A stretch of DNA of 64,000 nucleotides from Octopus sinensis (Eukaryota), in contig NC_043001.1 of NCBI RefSeq assembly GCF_006345805.1, positions 123,814,001 to 123,878,000 on the forward strand, given 5' to 3'. The translations under genes and the position numbers were made by a program. Of this stretch, positions 40,970 through 54,671 are shown piece after piece. The notes under the pieces are model-generated. The model saw nothing but the letters and a program-made list of their open reading frames with translations. It ran no database searches and had not been told where the DNA came from. The first letter of the stretch is position 1; each line of letters opens with the position of its first letter.

Positions 40970-41370
40970 TAAAGTAAGATGATATAATTTATTAACTGTA
41001 TCAAAAATATTATTTATTTAAATATATTATAGCATATGTGGCATATTAGCAATTAAAACCTAACGACAAATTAATAAACAAGGGTACAAAAAGCACGAAT
41101 TGTTAGAACTAAGAGTCAGAAATGTGTCACTGCTTGCTCTTTCGCTTTTCGTCAATCTCATGAGGTTAGTGCTTTGTGTATTACACAAATGGTTCAAGCG
41201 CAGACAGTTCCGTTCATGGCAGTAATCATGTTAAAAACTCGGCATCCGAATCAATCTTAACGCTTTTTGCCAATATTCGTGATCTATATATTTTTTGGCA
41301 ATCAACACAAAAGTAAGGGAGAAACCGTGACAATTGTTTCAGTTTAAAGCTTAAAAAGGAAGAAATGGGT

Positions 41371-41404
41371 CTTGACGTTTGGGATGCTAATTCTTCATCA
41401 GAAA
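41371..41404 (-). ncRNA. Decayed hammerhead motif
   Basis: TTT-CTGATGA-A-GAAT(TAGC)ATCC-CAAA-CG-TC^-AAG has the same layout as 49081-49113 but with G12 changed to C and a stem II mismatch. Confidence 0.4.
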
Positions 41405-41612
41405 TTTGTGCAGGTGTGCAGAGCTTCGAATATATGGGGGTGTTGTGTGGTGGGACATTGGAGATAAGTTTAATCAAACTGTATTTTTGAGGAAGTTATG
41501 GAAGAAAGAATGATATGGCAGGCGTAAGTATGAAGCGAAAGGGAAGGCAAGAGGAACGAGGTAACAAAACATTGAGGAAAAATCTATATGAAAGAAAATG
41601 TAAAGGTACTAT

Positions 41613-41657
<45 letters not shown>

Positions 41658-41776
41658 CCCCTCTCTATGTATGCATGTATGTATGTATGTATCTATCTAT
41701 CTACATATATATATGTATATAGATACGTATATATACAAGCATACATAGACACACACATGTGTGTGCGTCTACATAT

Positions 41777-41809
<33 letters not shown>

Positions 41810-42099
41810 CATACATATGTAGACAAACGCGCGTGCACAAACACATACACATGCATATTTTCATCTCCGTCACCCTCACTAATAAAAACAATAGAAAGAA
41901 AAATACTTACAAAACAAAATGCAAGGAAGCAACAAAATTCGATAAAGAATCACTAAAAGTATTCGGATCCAAATAAACATAGGATTCTGACCCAAAGCGA
42001 GAAACACTAAAGGGGAATCGTGCAACGAAATACCATCTTGGTTCACTCGCACGTACGTATAAATATGAAAACAGAAATTTCAAATAAACATCTTTAGAA

Positions 42100-42182
<83 letters not shown>

Positions 42183-42305
42183 GTTTAAGTAGTTGAATGA
42201 ATTATATGTTCGAAACATATGTCGAGAATAAAGGAATTTTGTTAAATCGTCGTTCGAATCCATTCTTTCATTTATCTATCTTATATATATATATATATAT
42301 ATATA

Positions 42306-42345
<40 letters not shown>

Positions 42346-43078
42346 TTATGAAATAGCAACAACCAACGCAGGGAACAGGTGTAAAAGAATAATGAATACT
42401 CGATACATGCCATAAATCAATGAGTATTTAGAAAGCCAGGGACTTTATGTGATATAGGATGCAAATACAGGTATGAAATCTCAAAGTTTCACTGGAAATA
42501 AAATAAACGGCCAGTAATCCACAAGATGATGTTTCCTTAGAAGTGAAAATCAGACAGAATCTACCAGGAAGAACGCGGATACATTAGGTTCAAACTCACT
42601 TTCGTACCACATAGGATTCTACATATATGGGTAAATAAATATATATGTATGCATATACATATATATGTGTGTGCGTGTGTGTTCATATTTATTTATGTCT
42701 CCCTCTTTCTCTCTCTATCACGCTCTAATTACGAAATGTATACATATGATTTCGAAGTGCACGATTGCATCAGTTCACTGGAGGGTGCTCTGAGGTGGCT
42801 GTAGTATTTTTTTTAGATTTAGAAGAAACAAATTGAGGTCATTACTTTGTTTAAGTCTAGTTCTTATTGTATCGGCCATACATGCCGAACGATTATGCAA
42901 GGGGGCCATAATCAAACATTCACCGGTTGCCAAGTGGAAGTGGGGAAAACAAAATGACGCTTACACACTCATTGATATATTTACACTTGTGCAAGGTGCC
43001 ACGCAGTAGATCTGAACACAGATGTGGTTGGGAAGTGAACTTTTCACCACATGGATACACATATATGATGTATGTATG

Positions 43079-43109
<31 letters not shown>

Positions 43110-43114
43110 ATACG

Positions 43115-43876
43115 TAACTTAGAATAACTTAGAAAGGTTTTGGCCAGTATTGGCCCAGGCCATGTCTAACTTAATAGCACCACCTGGCGAAGTCTTTCAG
43201 TTCGGGATTTGGGCACCAAGGCCCATTCGAGCAGAGAGTTATTGTTTGCGGAGACATATCCGGGTGTGGGTGGTTTGTCCGGTACTGTTTGAAGGAATTT
43301 GTCCAAAGACTTCTTGAATTTTGTGTGGTCAGTTTCTTTTTTGACGTGTCCTGGTGTAATGTTGAAGAGAGCGGGTCCAATTGAGGTGAAATAGTTGTGC
43401 CGTATTGTCGTTATGTGATGCGATTTAGATTTTTGTTGTGGACGGATGGCACGTAGTCCAAGCCTTGGATGTATTTTGAAGGTGATGCCAACATCATTCG
43501 GACAGTGCTGATGGAATATTTTCCACACCATACAAATAATGTAGCGTTCACGGCGTCGTTGGAGTGAATACAATTTCAGCTTCTCTAGTCTACCCCAGTA
43601 GTCAAGGTCTGACATACCATCTATCTTTTTTGTGATTGACCTTTGGGGAGCTTCAATTCTCATAATATTTTGTTTTGTGTAGGGAGACCACAGTGGACAG
43701 CAGTATTCAAGGTGGGGTCGGGCAAAAGTGGAGAAGAGAAGGATAATAGCGTGGGAATCTCTCGACTGGAAGGTTCTGAGAATCCAGGAACACATTCTGC
43801 GGGCCATGTCAACTTTGCTGCTTATATGTGTAGCCCAAGTTATGTTGTTGTCCACTGTTACTCCCAAGTCTCGTAT
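43115..43876 (-). mobile_element. CR1-group LINE, 5'-truncated 3' fragment with an open frame
   Basis: IRDLGVTVDNNITWATHI, RPHLEYCCPLWSP, LYSLQRRRERYIICMVWKI. Ends in a (TTCTAAGTTA)n tail. Confidence 0.92.
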
Positions 43877-44162
43877 GTAGGTATGTATGCATGCATGTAT
43901 GTATGTACGTAAGAATGTATACACACACATATATAATATCCATATATAGTGTAGAGTGTGTGAATGTGTGTATGTGTACATATATATATATAGTCAAAAT
44001 GAGGGTGAACAAATTGGATATTAATTTAATAACATCAATTTAACACCAGTGCTTTAGCGCATAAAAAACTGAGATTCAGTAAATATTATTAATACATAAA
44101 TATGAGAGGATCTCTTTTTAGCGTTAGGGCGTCCACATAGTGAATTCTCTCTCATATTTATG

Positions 44163-44193
<31 letters not shown>

Positions 44194-45420
44194 ATGTGTG
44201 TGTGTGTGCGTGCGTGCATCTGTGTGTGCATGTGTGTGTACGTGTGTTCCAAATTACCATTTGTCAGAAGCAGCAAAAATTACGATAGTAACGCTGCTGT
44301 ATTATGTAATTCTGAATATTTTTCTTTTAAAGATCAAAATGCAGCCACGTTTTCCTTGTCGTTCATCGATTCTGGAGCGATAAAACGCGTTCCTTCAAAT
44401 GCAGTGTACCATATAATTCATTATCCTCTCCTTTCCTTTTAACTTTGTGTGTGCAGAAACTGTAACTATTCTTAATCCTAAGCCGCTTACGTTTAATGTC
44501 TTCATCGAATTACATACAGAAATAAGTAGTTGTGACTTGATTCTAATTTTGGTATAAGTGCAGGGACTTTAGAGGGTGGTTGTTAGCCGATACCATCGAT
44601 CCTTGTACATGACTGGTATTTTATTTTACGAAAGCCAGAGAGATGTCAGGCAAAGATTACTATGGCAGTATTTGAAGACTGTGAAAAGAAACAATTACCG
44701 TCCTAAACATTTAATTCCGCGTAAATTAATTAGATTTCGCTCACGGCAAAACTTCGGGTGAGTAAAGCAGGGAATTTCTTCAATATATCTGGATCTGCGA
44801 GAATTAGCAGTCAGAGCTCCCTCAAACACTAATCCACCGTTTTAAAGAAGAAAATAAAAAGGAAAGATCAAATTTAATGACGTAGTCCACAGAACACAGA
44901 ATCTAGGGTAAAATGGATTACTAACAGCTGGACTATGTTTGCTAAGACTCCAGCACAATGAGGGTTGAACAGCGACTAAAGGACACTACCAACATCACCT
45001 CATTTAGCACCGCCGCCACCAGCGCTAATAACACCAACACCAACAAGAATAACATCATCAATTAGAATTTCTGAAATAAAGCTGTAACATCTGGAACTTG
45101 CCTGTTAATTCTTAAGCAATGTCCAATCTATCAACAGCAGAAATGGCAATATAAATCTCGCTTAATTCCACGAGGTTCATCGAAAACTTCGAAGAGGTTT
45201 TGTATCGTTGTGTTACGAATCTCCCAATAAATCATTTATTAAAAGCCTTCCAATATTAACTGAAGTATTGTGTGAAGTCTTCTTCCAGCAGATTTAAGGA
45301 AGGGGTTTTCTGAAATGATCGATGTGTATATCGCAGTTTTATCCATGGGATAAATATTGCTACATATATATCTTATGAAGATTTGCACATCAACCTCTTT
45401 TTCATTTAAGAAGTTATACA

Positions 45421-45464
<44 letters not shown>

Positions 45465-45481
45465 ACACATACACAACACAC

Positions 45482-45527
<46 letters not shown>

Positions 45528-45674
45528 ATATATATATATATATATAGACATACACATACATACAGGCATGCACGCACATACACAGACAAACACACACACA
45601 TATATGCATATGATTATCAATACTGATATGTATATATGGATACGTGTATATATACATGCAATGATATACATATA

Positions 45675-45865
45675 CAGTAATCACTCGCCATATCGCGGTT
45701 TATTATTCAAGCTTACGTTGATTCCTCTGTGGTGTTGTTTTGCATTTATAATAAATTAAATATATAAAAATTATAAATAAACTATACAGTACAGTTTCTA
45801 CTTCGCTCATTTTCACCTCTCCTGCGGGGTTTTGGAACGTAGCACCCGCGATAGTTGAGGGATCA

Positions 45866-45868
<3 letters not shown>
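45675..45868. mobile_element. Tigger/pogo-like MITE (194 bp)
   Basis: TIRs TA|CAGTAATCACTCGCCATATCGCGG and CCGCGATAGTTGAGGGATCACTG|TA with a TA target duplication. Confidence 0.8.
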
Positions 45869-45900
<32 letters not shown>

Positions 45901-45901
<1 letters not shown>

Positions 45902-46886
45902 TCTTTTACTCTTTTACTTGTTTCAGCCATCCGGCTGAGGCCATGCTGGGGCACCGCCCTTGTTGCTACCCTCTCTAAGTCCAGTTTGCCGTGGCTGGCC
46001 ACTGATCTAAGAGAGAGTCTGTAGCTGCTGCCCTTAGGTTACCTTCGTACCTTGCAGTGGGTTCATCTGGGATCCCGGAAAGCAGCTTGTCTAGATGTTT
46101 TTTGAAAATGTCCACATCCGCCTCATGTAGATCTCTTAGTTTTCTTGGCAGTTTGTTGAACAGCTGAGGGCCCCTGAACCCCAGGCTATTACAGTATCTG
46201 CTCCTTACCCTGGATGTGGAAGACGGGACCTTTGGCACCACACAGTGACGACCTGTACGGGGATTGGAACAGCTCTCAATTCCAAAATTTGGTGCTAGTC
46301 CCTCCAGGATTTTCCATATGTATATCACTGCATATCTCTCTCGTCTTCGTTCCAAGGAGTACAAATTGAGTTCCCTAAGCCTCTCCCAATAGTTCTTTTC
46401 TTTCATGGTGGAAATCCTCTTGGTGAAATGTCTTTGGATTGTCTCAAGCTCTGTGGTTAGTTTGACACTATGCGGTGACCACAGTTGGGAGCAGTAGTCT
46501 AGGCGGCCTAGGACAAATGTCCTCCATAGTGTCAACATGGTCTCGCAGTCTCTTGTCCGGAATGTCCTCAGGATCCAGCCAGTGAGTCGTCTGCACATTG
46601 TCGCCACCTTCGCGATGTGTGAAGAAAAAGATGCATCGTCACTCATGTCTATCCCCAGGTCCCGTATTGATTTCGATACTGGGATTTCGATCCCTCCTGG
46701 ACCAGTATAGTTGTGTTGTAATGTATATGTGTTTACAGCTTGATATTGTAAGGATTGAAATTTACCAGCATTAAATTGCATGTTGTTGTCTTCAGCCCAT
46801 TTGTATATGGCATCCAGATCTTGTTGTAAAAGGTCAGCATCAGCTGGGTTTTTGATTGCCTGTGCTACCTTTGTGTCATCAGCATA
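45901..46886 (-). mobile_element. CR1-group LINE, 5'-truncated at the YADD motif
   Basis: [47 protein letters not shown]. Ends in a (GTAAAAGA)n tail. Close relative of 15106-16282. Confidence 0.92.
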
Positions 46887-46898
46887 TATATATATATA

Positions 46899-46959
<61 letters not shown>

Positions 46960-47029
46960 TGTTTACGTGTGGGTGGGTGTAAGTGTTTGTATATATACAC
47001 ATACATACACCTGTATGTATATGTAAGCG

Positions 47030-47061
<32 letters not shown>

Positions 47062-47289
47062 TAAACAACTACATACACACGCACACTCGCATATTTTGTA
47101 GCATAACTATACTACAGAAAGTGTGTTTTGTACCAATGTTGACTACATTTCGTTTCGCTTGAACTTCGTGTGTGCATATTTAGCTGTTTTCAACATTATC
47201 AATTCTATACGTCTATACGTCTGGGAGTGTGTGTGTTTCCGCGTTCGTTAAATCTATAGTAAACTATATTAAAGGCCATTTTACGCCGT

Positions 47290-48905
47290 TTTCATGGGCC
47301 CACCTATTATGAAGTAGCCATCCTTAAGGTAGGTGATCCTTATGAAAACCGTGATATTCTTATCCGTGCTCGAGATAACAACCTTAAACGTGTTTCAGAG
47401 ACTCGTCCGTCTCATCATGCTCTCCAGTTTCCTCTTATTCTCTGGTATGGACAAGATGGGTACCATTTCAATATTCCACAGTGTGAACTTGTAACAGGAG
47501 AGCCAATTGCAAACAAAAAGGTGTCAAATTACTTCTATTCTTACCAACTGATGTTAAAGCCTGAACATTCAAATCAATTACACATGGATCGTAATCTGTT
47601 TCTGCAATACCTGGTTGATATGTATGCTATAGATGAGGGTCAGCGTCTCCTCTATATTCATAACAATAAAAAAAAAGCTAAGGGCTAAAATTTATATTCA
47701 TATCAAAGATGCTCTGAAATGGTGATATTCAAAACATGGGGCAACTTATATTCCTCACCTCATCATTCACAGGTGGTCCGCGATATAGGCACGAACGAAC
47801 AGAAGCTGCTATGACATATGTCAGGGCATATGGAATACCAGATCTTTTTTGTCAATTTCACCTGTGATCCTAAATGGGAGGAAATAAAATCTAACCTTCT
47901 TCCAATGTTGCATCTTCTGGTATTGCAACTACCTTGCTCAATGGCGGAAGAACTGCTTATTGCATGTTCAAGCTCCCTCTAAACCTTGCAATGAAAGAAT
48001 CTCAAATGTGCAACATTTCCCAAAACTCTGCAATGGCAACAGTTCTCCAACAAACTTGCTTCGTTGTTTGGGATGAGGGCAGTCACATCGTGGAGCTCCA
48101 GAGGTACTTGACTGTACCCTCCAAGACAAAAGAAACAATAGTACGCTCATGGGATGAGTAACAGTTCTTCTTGTAGGAGATTTTCGTCTACGGTTGCTAA
48201 TTATCTCCAAATGATAAAAAAAGCTGATGAGGTCAATGCATGCTTCAAAAATCGCACCTTTGGAGAAGTGAAAAAACTTCATCTTACAAGCAACATCAGA
48301 GTACTTCTAGAAGGTGATCATACGAGCTTCTTAATATTAGTAATGGGATTTTAACATTCAACTCAAGACTTCAGCTACATGAAATTACATGCGGTCAAAT
48401 GATACTATCGCTTAGGGATCTTACGGATAAAGTATTTCTTAATTCATCTGTCAATTACAATGATGTAAACTGGCTCTGCGAAACAGCAATACGAGACACA
48501 ACTAAGGAAATGGTTGATAAACGCAACCATGAACTGCTTCAAAAGTTAACAGATACGTCCGAAATGACTTTTCGATCAGTTGCAAAAAGTCGATTAAGAT
48601 CAGGTTGTTCAATACCCTGTTGAATTTCTGAACAAACTTGACCCCAATGGGATGCCACCGCCTAACTTGACACAAAAACTGGGTGCTCGCATTATGTTGT
48701 TTTGGAATCCTGACCCTATGTAATTGAACTAGCGTAATTGTTTTTTCCATGAAAACCATGTCCTACAGGCAACAATCATAACAGGTTGTCACAAAGGAAG
48801 AAATGTCTTTATTCTAAACATTGCTCTCATACCTACAAATGCTCCATTTCAATTTAAGAGGCTTCCGTTTACAGTCAAACTAAGTTTTTGTATTTCAATT
48901 AAAAA
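47290..48905 (+). pseudogene. Helitron RepHel fossil with a large internal deletion
   Basis: Rep N-terminal motifs: GPTYYEVA, HALQFPL, LFLQYLVDMYA, SSFTGGPRY, YGIPDLF, FTCDPKWEEI. These are followed by Pif1-type helicase motifs: LLNGGRTAY.MFKLPL, VVWDE, KKLHLTSNIRV, plus a frameshifted C-terminal region. Confidence 0.88.
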
Positions 48906-48977
48906 TTCGTGAGCCGAATAGCCTAACCACTAAGTCACACGCCTTGACTATATATATATATATATATATATATTTAT

Positions 48978-49187
48978 AAAGTTAATCCAAATTTGAAGAC
49001 ACAAAGAGAAAACACAACAACGCGAGGACGTGGGACAAGTATAGTGTTATTGGGCACTCAGGAAAGGAAAGAAAGGAGAATTTAACGTTTCAAGCGGAGC
49101 TCTTCGTCAGAAACATAGGAAAAGGAAAGATCCAAGGAAGGGAAGACGGAGGAGAGAATTCCCCAACGATACACATGCGGTCACATT

Positions 49188-49193
<6 letters not shown>
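48978..49193 (-). mobile_element. HHR-bearing Penelope-like terminal-repeat-type element in a (TA)n array
   Basis: Flanked by (TA)n on both sides, contains the HHR at 49081-49113, and has a homologue at 18735-18830. Confidence 0.6.
49081..49113 (-). ncRNA. Minimal type I hammerhead ribozyme motif
   Basis: TTT-CTGACGA-A-GAGC(TCC)GCTT-GAAA-CG-TT^-AAA: canonical CUGANGA/GAAA core, an extra A after A9, palindromic ACGT stem III, GUU site. Confidence 0.65.
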
Positions 49194-49235
<42 letters not shown>

Positions 49236-49383
49236 CAGAGTCTACTAGAGTAGAGGCAAGAGCTAATATATGATTTATAAAAAGCATGTGACATATTAAT
49301 AAAAATCTGTAAATATAAAATCATACAGATTTCTAAGTACTTATTTCTTCTATTATATAATACATGTACATCCCATCCAAACC

Positions 49384-49603
<220 letters not shown>

Positions 49604-51256
49604 GCATACATACACATACACAGACACATATATATGGTATGTAAGATTAACCCCGGAATTAACTGCAGAACTAGGAATGTTCTTTCATGTTCTGTAAAGA
49701 CAGAGCATGATATACATTGCTGAGGTTAAATGTTATATATATATATATATATCTACATATATATATGTATCTAGAGGTCGATCGATAGACAGATACATAG
49801 ATATCCATATGTATTATATATAAAATACACATACATGCACATGTACATACACACATGTGCGCGCGCACACACACATATATATGTATATATATATATATAC
49901 ATATATACTTGTAGGTGGTGCTACAGCATGGCCATATTCTAACAGTAGAAACAAATATAAAGTAAAAGATATATATGCATCTTATATATGCACAAATTCA
50001 CTCTATATGCAGATACATATACATGTGTATGTATTAATATATATGCACGTGTGTGTGTTTGTATTCATAGAAAGAGAGGCATAGAGAACAGTAGAGATAG
50101 ACTGTGATGGAAGAGAGTGTTTGTGTATGTATGTATATTAATGTGTATGTGTGTATGTGTACCCAGTTACCATGACCTTTCTCCTTCTCTCCCGTATAAA
50201 ACTGATGATGTTTCATGAGTAAAGTTGAATGTTAATGAACGCATTCATAGCCATTCTTTCACCTCTCATGTCATTTATGTTGAAGCGGGAATTAATATAA
50301 CAAGTGACCGAGCAATGAGTGAGAGGATGTGAATGTGGGAGCCTGAGAGAGAGAGAGTGAGAGAGGGAGAGAGAGAGAGAGAAAGAAAGAAAGAAAGAGA
50401 GACGGAATAAAGGAAGTAAGAATGTAAGAAAGAAAGAGAAATACGGACAAAAATATATAAATAAATATATAGCTGAAAGTACGGAGTGATAGAGATGGAG
50501 ATGGATGGGAAACTGTGGCCTAATTGTTAAAACTTGTACATTTTTTCGTTTGTTTCCGGCACCTCCTTTCCATACCAGACTTTTGATAGCATGTCCGGTT
50601 AAATTTACAATTATTATACTATTACAGTTTTTACTTGTTTCAGCCAATGGGCTGTGGTCATGCTGAGATGTTATTATTATTTTTATTATCATTATTCTTA
50701 TCGTTATCGTTGTTGTTGTTGTTGTTCCAAGTTGAACGGATGTACCAATTCGATACAGTGACACTTACATTGAAAAGAAGTAAAGTTAAAGAGAAACGAG
50801 GCCGGAAGGAAGCAAAGACAGAAAAAGAGGAAGGAAAAGCATGAAATAACGCATAAAGGAAAGATTTGTGGTATGAATGAATGAAAGAATACATGCGGTG
50901 CAGAACAGTACAGTACGAAGAGATTTTATGAAAGAAGGGAGTTTCTAAAATATGGCATGTTTTATGTGCACCAGTTTAAAAGGTTGCACCATATTTTACG
51001 GATGTCATTTGTGAATATTATTACCAAGTGGATTCGAGTTTGTAAAATTCACTTCCATGACCTTTCATCTTGGCCTTGTTAAGGACTTTGTGTAGCGATG
51101 AGATATTAGGAAGGATGAGACGAGGTCAGGAATGATATGTTGGCCTGGTGTTTCATTTAAATGGAGCCAACTCGCAGCTAGAAAAATCATGATTTAAAAC
51201 TAATAGCAGAGGAACCTAGAACATTGATACATTCTCAGGACTTATTATTTTATACC

Positions 51257-51665
51257 TATTTCTTTATTACCCACAAGGGGCTAAACACGGAGAGGACAAA
51301 CAAGGACGGACATAGGTATTAAGTCGATTACATCGACCCCAGTGCGTGACTGGTACTTAATTTATCGACCCCGAAAGGATAAAAGGCAAAGTCGACCTCG
51401 GCGGAATTTGAACTCACAACGCAACGCAGACGAAATACCTATTTCTTTATTACCCACAAGGGGTTAAACATAGAGGGAACAGACAAGGATAGACATAGGT
51501 ATTAAGTCGATTACATCGACCCCAGTGCGTGACTGGTACTTAATTTATCGACCCCGAAAGGATGAAAGGCAAAGTCGACCTCGGCGGAATTTGAACTCAG
51601 AACGTAGCAGCAGACGAAATACCGCTAAGCATTTCGTCCGGCGCGCTAACGTTTCTGCCAGCTCG
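51257..51665 (-). mobile_element. Family A SINE head-to-tail dimer
   Basis: A near-full unit (51441-51665) is followed on the minus strand by a unit that starts at GGTATTTCGTC (51257-51440). Confidence 0.9.
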
Positions 51666-52374
51666 TGAATTTATGTTTATATTTTAGAAAACAAGTGACT
51701 ATTTCTAATTAGGGCTCATCTTTCCTGGATGTGATACCTTTCTATTTATGAGCGGTTGTAATCGTAAAGACCTAAGATCAAACGCATTCCAATCGTGTTC
51801 TTCAATTTATTTTTTATGTATCTTCAACTACATTGTTTAATGTTGTCTTTTAGCTTTTTCCAGATTGTGGTTCGCAATTTGAGTTACGATTGCCTAAAAT
51901 ATGAAGGAAATAGAGCAACTGAATTTACCCGTAGTGCAGTTGAACTGATTATTATCGATGTATCACTTGTCAATTCCTCTGCTGCTGCAGGTATTTATAA
52001 TAATATGCCACAAGTTTCTGTATGCAGTGTTCATTAATAAACATTATATAAATACAACATCTGTTAAGATATAACTAAATTTTAGAATAAAGATTAAAGA
52101 TTAAACATGTGTCAGTGGTCTCGCCTATTGTAACTGTTCACACTAATGGCCATATTGGAGCAAACACTACTAACAATCTAAGCCAATAAATCATCAGAAA
52201 TCATCTCAGTTAGAATTTGGATACACACTTTTTTCAGTAACTATTTCAATTTCATTGATAGTTGAGAGTCATAAGCAATACATTTCATATTTTAGTTGTC
52301 CCATTAGGAGCCCATTTCGAGAAGTCTGTTGAAACTAATTAGAATTCAAAATCGAACCCACCAAGACAACTTGT

Positions 52375-53200
52375 GCCTGAGCTGTTGGTTCGTGGGTCGG
52401 ATACGTTTTGAGCCGTAAGAGAATATCTTCTCAATGAGCCTGGTGTTAAAACACATGAAAGTAAGAAACAGGCAAGCGAGTCATCTCATACCAGGTCAAT
52501 TATTGGAGCAACAGACATTGATATTTCGTCATTGTGACAATGACTATAAGTTAAATGATTTGAAAACCATCTGCTGGCATGCCCCAACGTCTCATATCAC
52601 GAAAAAATTCGAATAAGAATTAGAAGCAGTGTGTATTGCTAGTTCGTTGATCGGCTGCGTTTTAGGCGCCAGAGAATAGACTCTCAATGCGTCTGATGTT
52701 AAAAACATCTCAGAGTAAGTCATAGGCAAGCGAGACAATTCATACCAGATCCCTTTCGGAGCAACAGACACTGAGCTTTCGCCATTTTTTTGATTTTTCA
52801 AAGGCCCCTACCGAACAAGGCCTGCTGCAGGCTATGTTGCCGACTCCGATTATATATATATGTTCGATTTTGTTTAGATACTTCGAGCTGCTTCTCATCT
52901 ATATTTCAATTTTTTCCGTGACATGAAACGTTGGGACATGCCAACAGATGATTTTCAAATCACACAGCATATTATCGTAGTCGGCGATATAGTCTGCAGC
53001 GGGCCATGTTCGGTACGCGGCATTGAAAAATCACAATGATGATGAAACATCGATGTCTGTCAGTTCGAAAGGAACCTGGTGTGAGTTGTCTCACTTGCCT
53101 AAGATTTACTTTCAAGTGTATTTAACTCTAGGCGCATAGAAAATATATTCTCTTACGCCTAAAAACGCAGCCGACCCATGAACTAACAATACATACAGTT
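52375..53200. repeat. Diverged ~230-280 bp unit in three copies: two direct and one inverted
   Basis: TCGG(A/C)T(A/G)CGTTT...AGAGAATA...AGGCAAGCGAG...CATACCAG occurs at about 52390 and 52650 (+) and as a reverse complement at about 53070-53185. TGATTTGAAAACCATCTGCTGGCATG at 52556 has a near-inverse at about 52935-52962. Confidence 0.7.
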
Positions 53201-53628
53201 TGTGTATATGAGTTCTGTTTACATGCCTGGAGCTGCTTCTGCATCGTATGTGAATTAGAATTCATCGCTATATCTTCACTCAGTCCATCTGTTCGCCTGC
53301 GTTTCAACGAGACGGGCCCTTATACCACCATGGGAGTAGTGAAATGCGCCATTTTGTTGGAGACAAAACTCGTCATCGACAGACACCTCAGATGTGTGGT
53401 ATGATGGTTTCATATAGTGACTTCAAAAAAACAAAAAAACTTTATCAGCCACTGCCTTTTCAACGCACCGCGATGCCCAACGTTAAAAACCCACACCGCA
53501 ACAATGAAGCTCAACGATGAAAATCCATAAACATATTCAGCATCAGGTAGGTTCGCATGACATGTCTCTGTAAAATATAAATTCTCAGAGGCCCAGGTGT
53601 AGCACTATTGGAAAAATATTTACCAGTA

Positions 53629-53792
53629 GGCGCAGGAGTGGCTGTGTGGTAAGTAACTTGCTAACCAACCACATGGTTCCGGGTTCAGTCCCACTGCGTG
53701 GCATCTTGGGCAAGTGTCTTCTGCTATAGCCCCGGCCGACCAATGCCTTGTGAGTGGATTTGGTAGACGGAAACGGAAAGAAGCCTGTCGTA

Positions 53793-53851
<59 letters not shown>

Positions 53852-54075
53852 TTGTGTGTCTGTGTTTGTCCCCCTAGCATTGCCTGACAACCGATGCTGG
53901 TGTGTTTAGGTATCCGTCACTTAGCGGTTTGGCAAAAGAGACCGATTGAATAAGTACTGGGCTTACAAAAGAATAAGTCCCGGGGTCGATTTGCTCGACT
54001 AAAGGCGGTGCTCCAGCATGGCCGCATTCAAATGACTGAAACAAGTAAAAGAGTAAAAGAGTAAAGAGTAAAGAG
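53629..54075 (+). mobile_element. tRNA-derived SINE, family B, full length
   Basis: Head GGCGCAGGAGTGGCTGTGTGGTAAG, B-box-like GGTTCAGTCCC, internal (TA)/(TG) tract, CR1-like tail GGCGGTGCTCCAGCATGGCC...GAAACAAGTAAAAGAG. Confidence 0.9.
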
Positions 54076-54384
54076 TTCAACCTTAAAGAGTAGTAGTAGT
54101 AGCAGCAGCAGCAGGATCAATATGGATTTTCCCTTTGTAGCCATAGCTTTCGGTAACTTACATCAAAATAAGAGGTTGTCTCAAACTTTCGGTACCGTAA
54201 TTAAGAAGAGAAGTGCAAGGTCGATAATGAAAGTAGACTCATGGTACACAAATGCCATCTGTGGGCGCAAAGTGAACTGAATCGGTAGCCACGGGAATTT
54301 CCAGTTCGCGCTCGTAATCTAGTCGGATAAATGGAGGTTGTGTACCATAAGTTGCAGGAAAATCAGTGGTATATATCTACTTGT

Positions 54385-54529
54385 CGTAGTAGTAGAGGTG
54401 GTAGTAGTAGTAGTAGTAGTAGTAAGCCTCGCATTTGAAGTATGCGTAGTAGTAGTAGTGGTGGTGGTGGTGGTGGTGGTAGTGGTGGTAGTGGTGGTGG
54501 TGGTGGTGGTGGTGGTGGTGGTAGTAGTA

Positions 54530-54569
<40 letters not shown>

Positions 54570-54622
54570 CAGTAGTAGTGGTGGTGGTGGTGGTAGTGGT
54601 GGTGGTGGTGGTGGTAGTAGTG

Positions 54623-54671
<49 letters not shown>

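Noticed and set aside
44610-44763. Donor TCGG|GTGAGT with an upstream 61-aa ORF
   Set aside because: The upstream sequence is a decayed SINE and no coherent exon is evident.
50255-50340. Possible microRNA-like hairpin
   Set aside because: Pairing is interrupted, the loop is long, and it matches no miRNA I recognise.
53629-53700. tRNA gene calls at SINE heads
   Set aside because: A/B boxes are present but there is no complete cloverleaf, and the sequence continues into SINE bodies.
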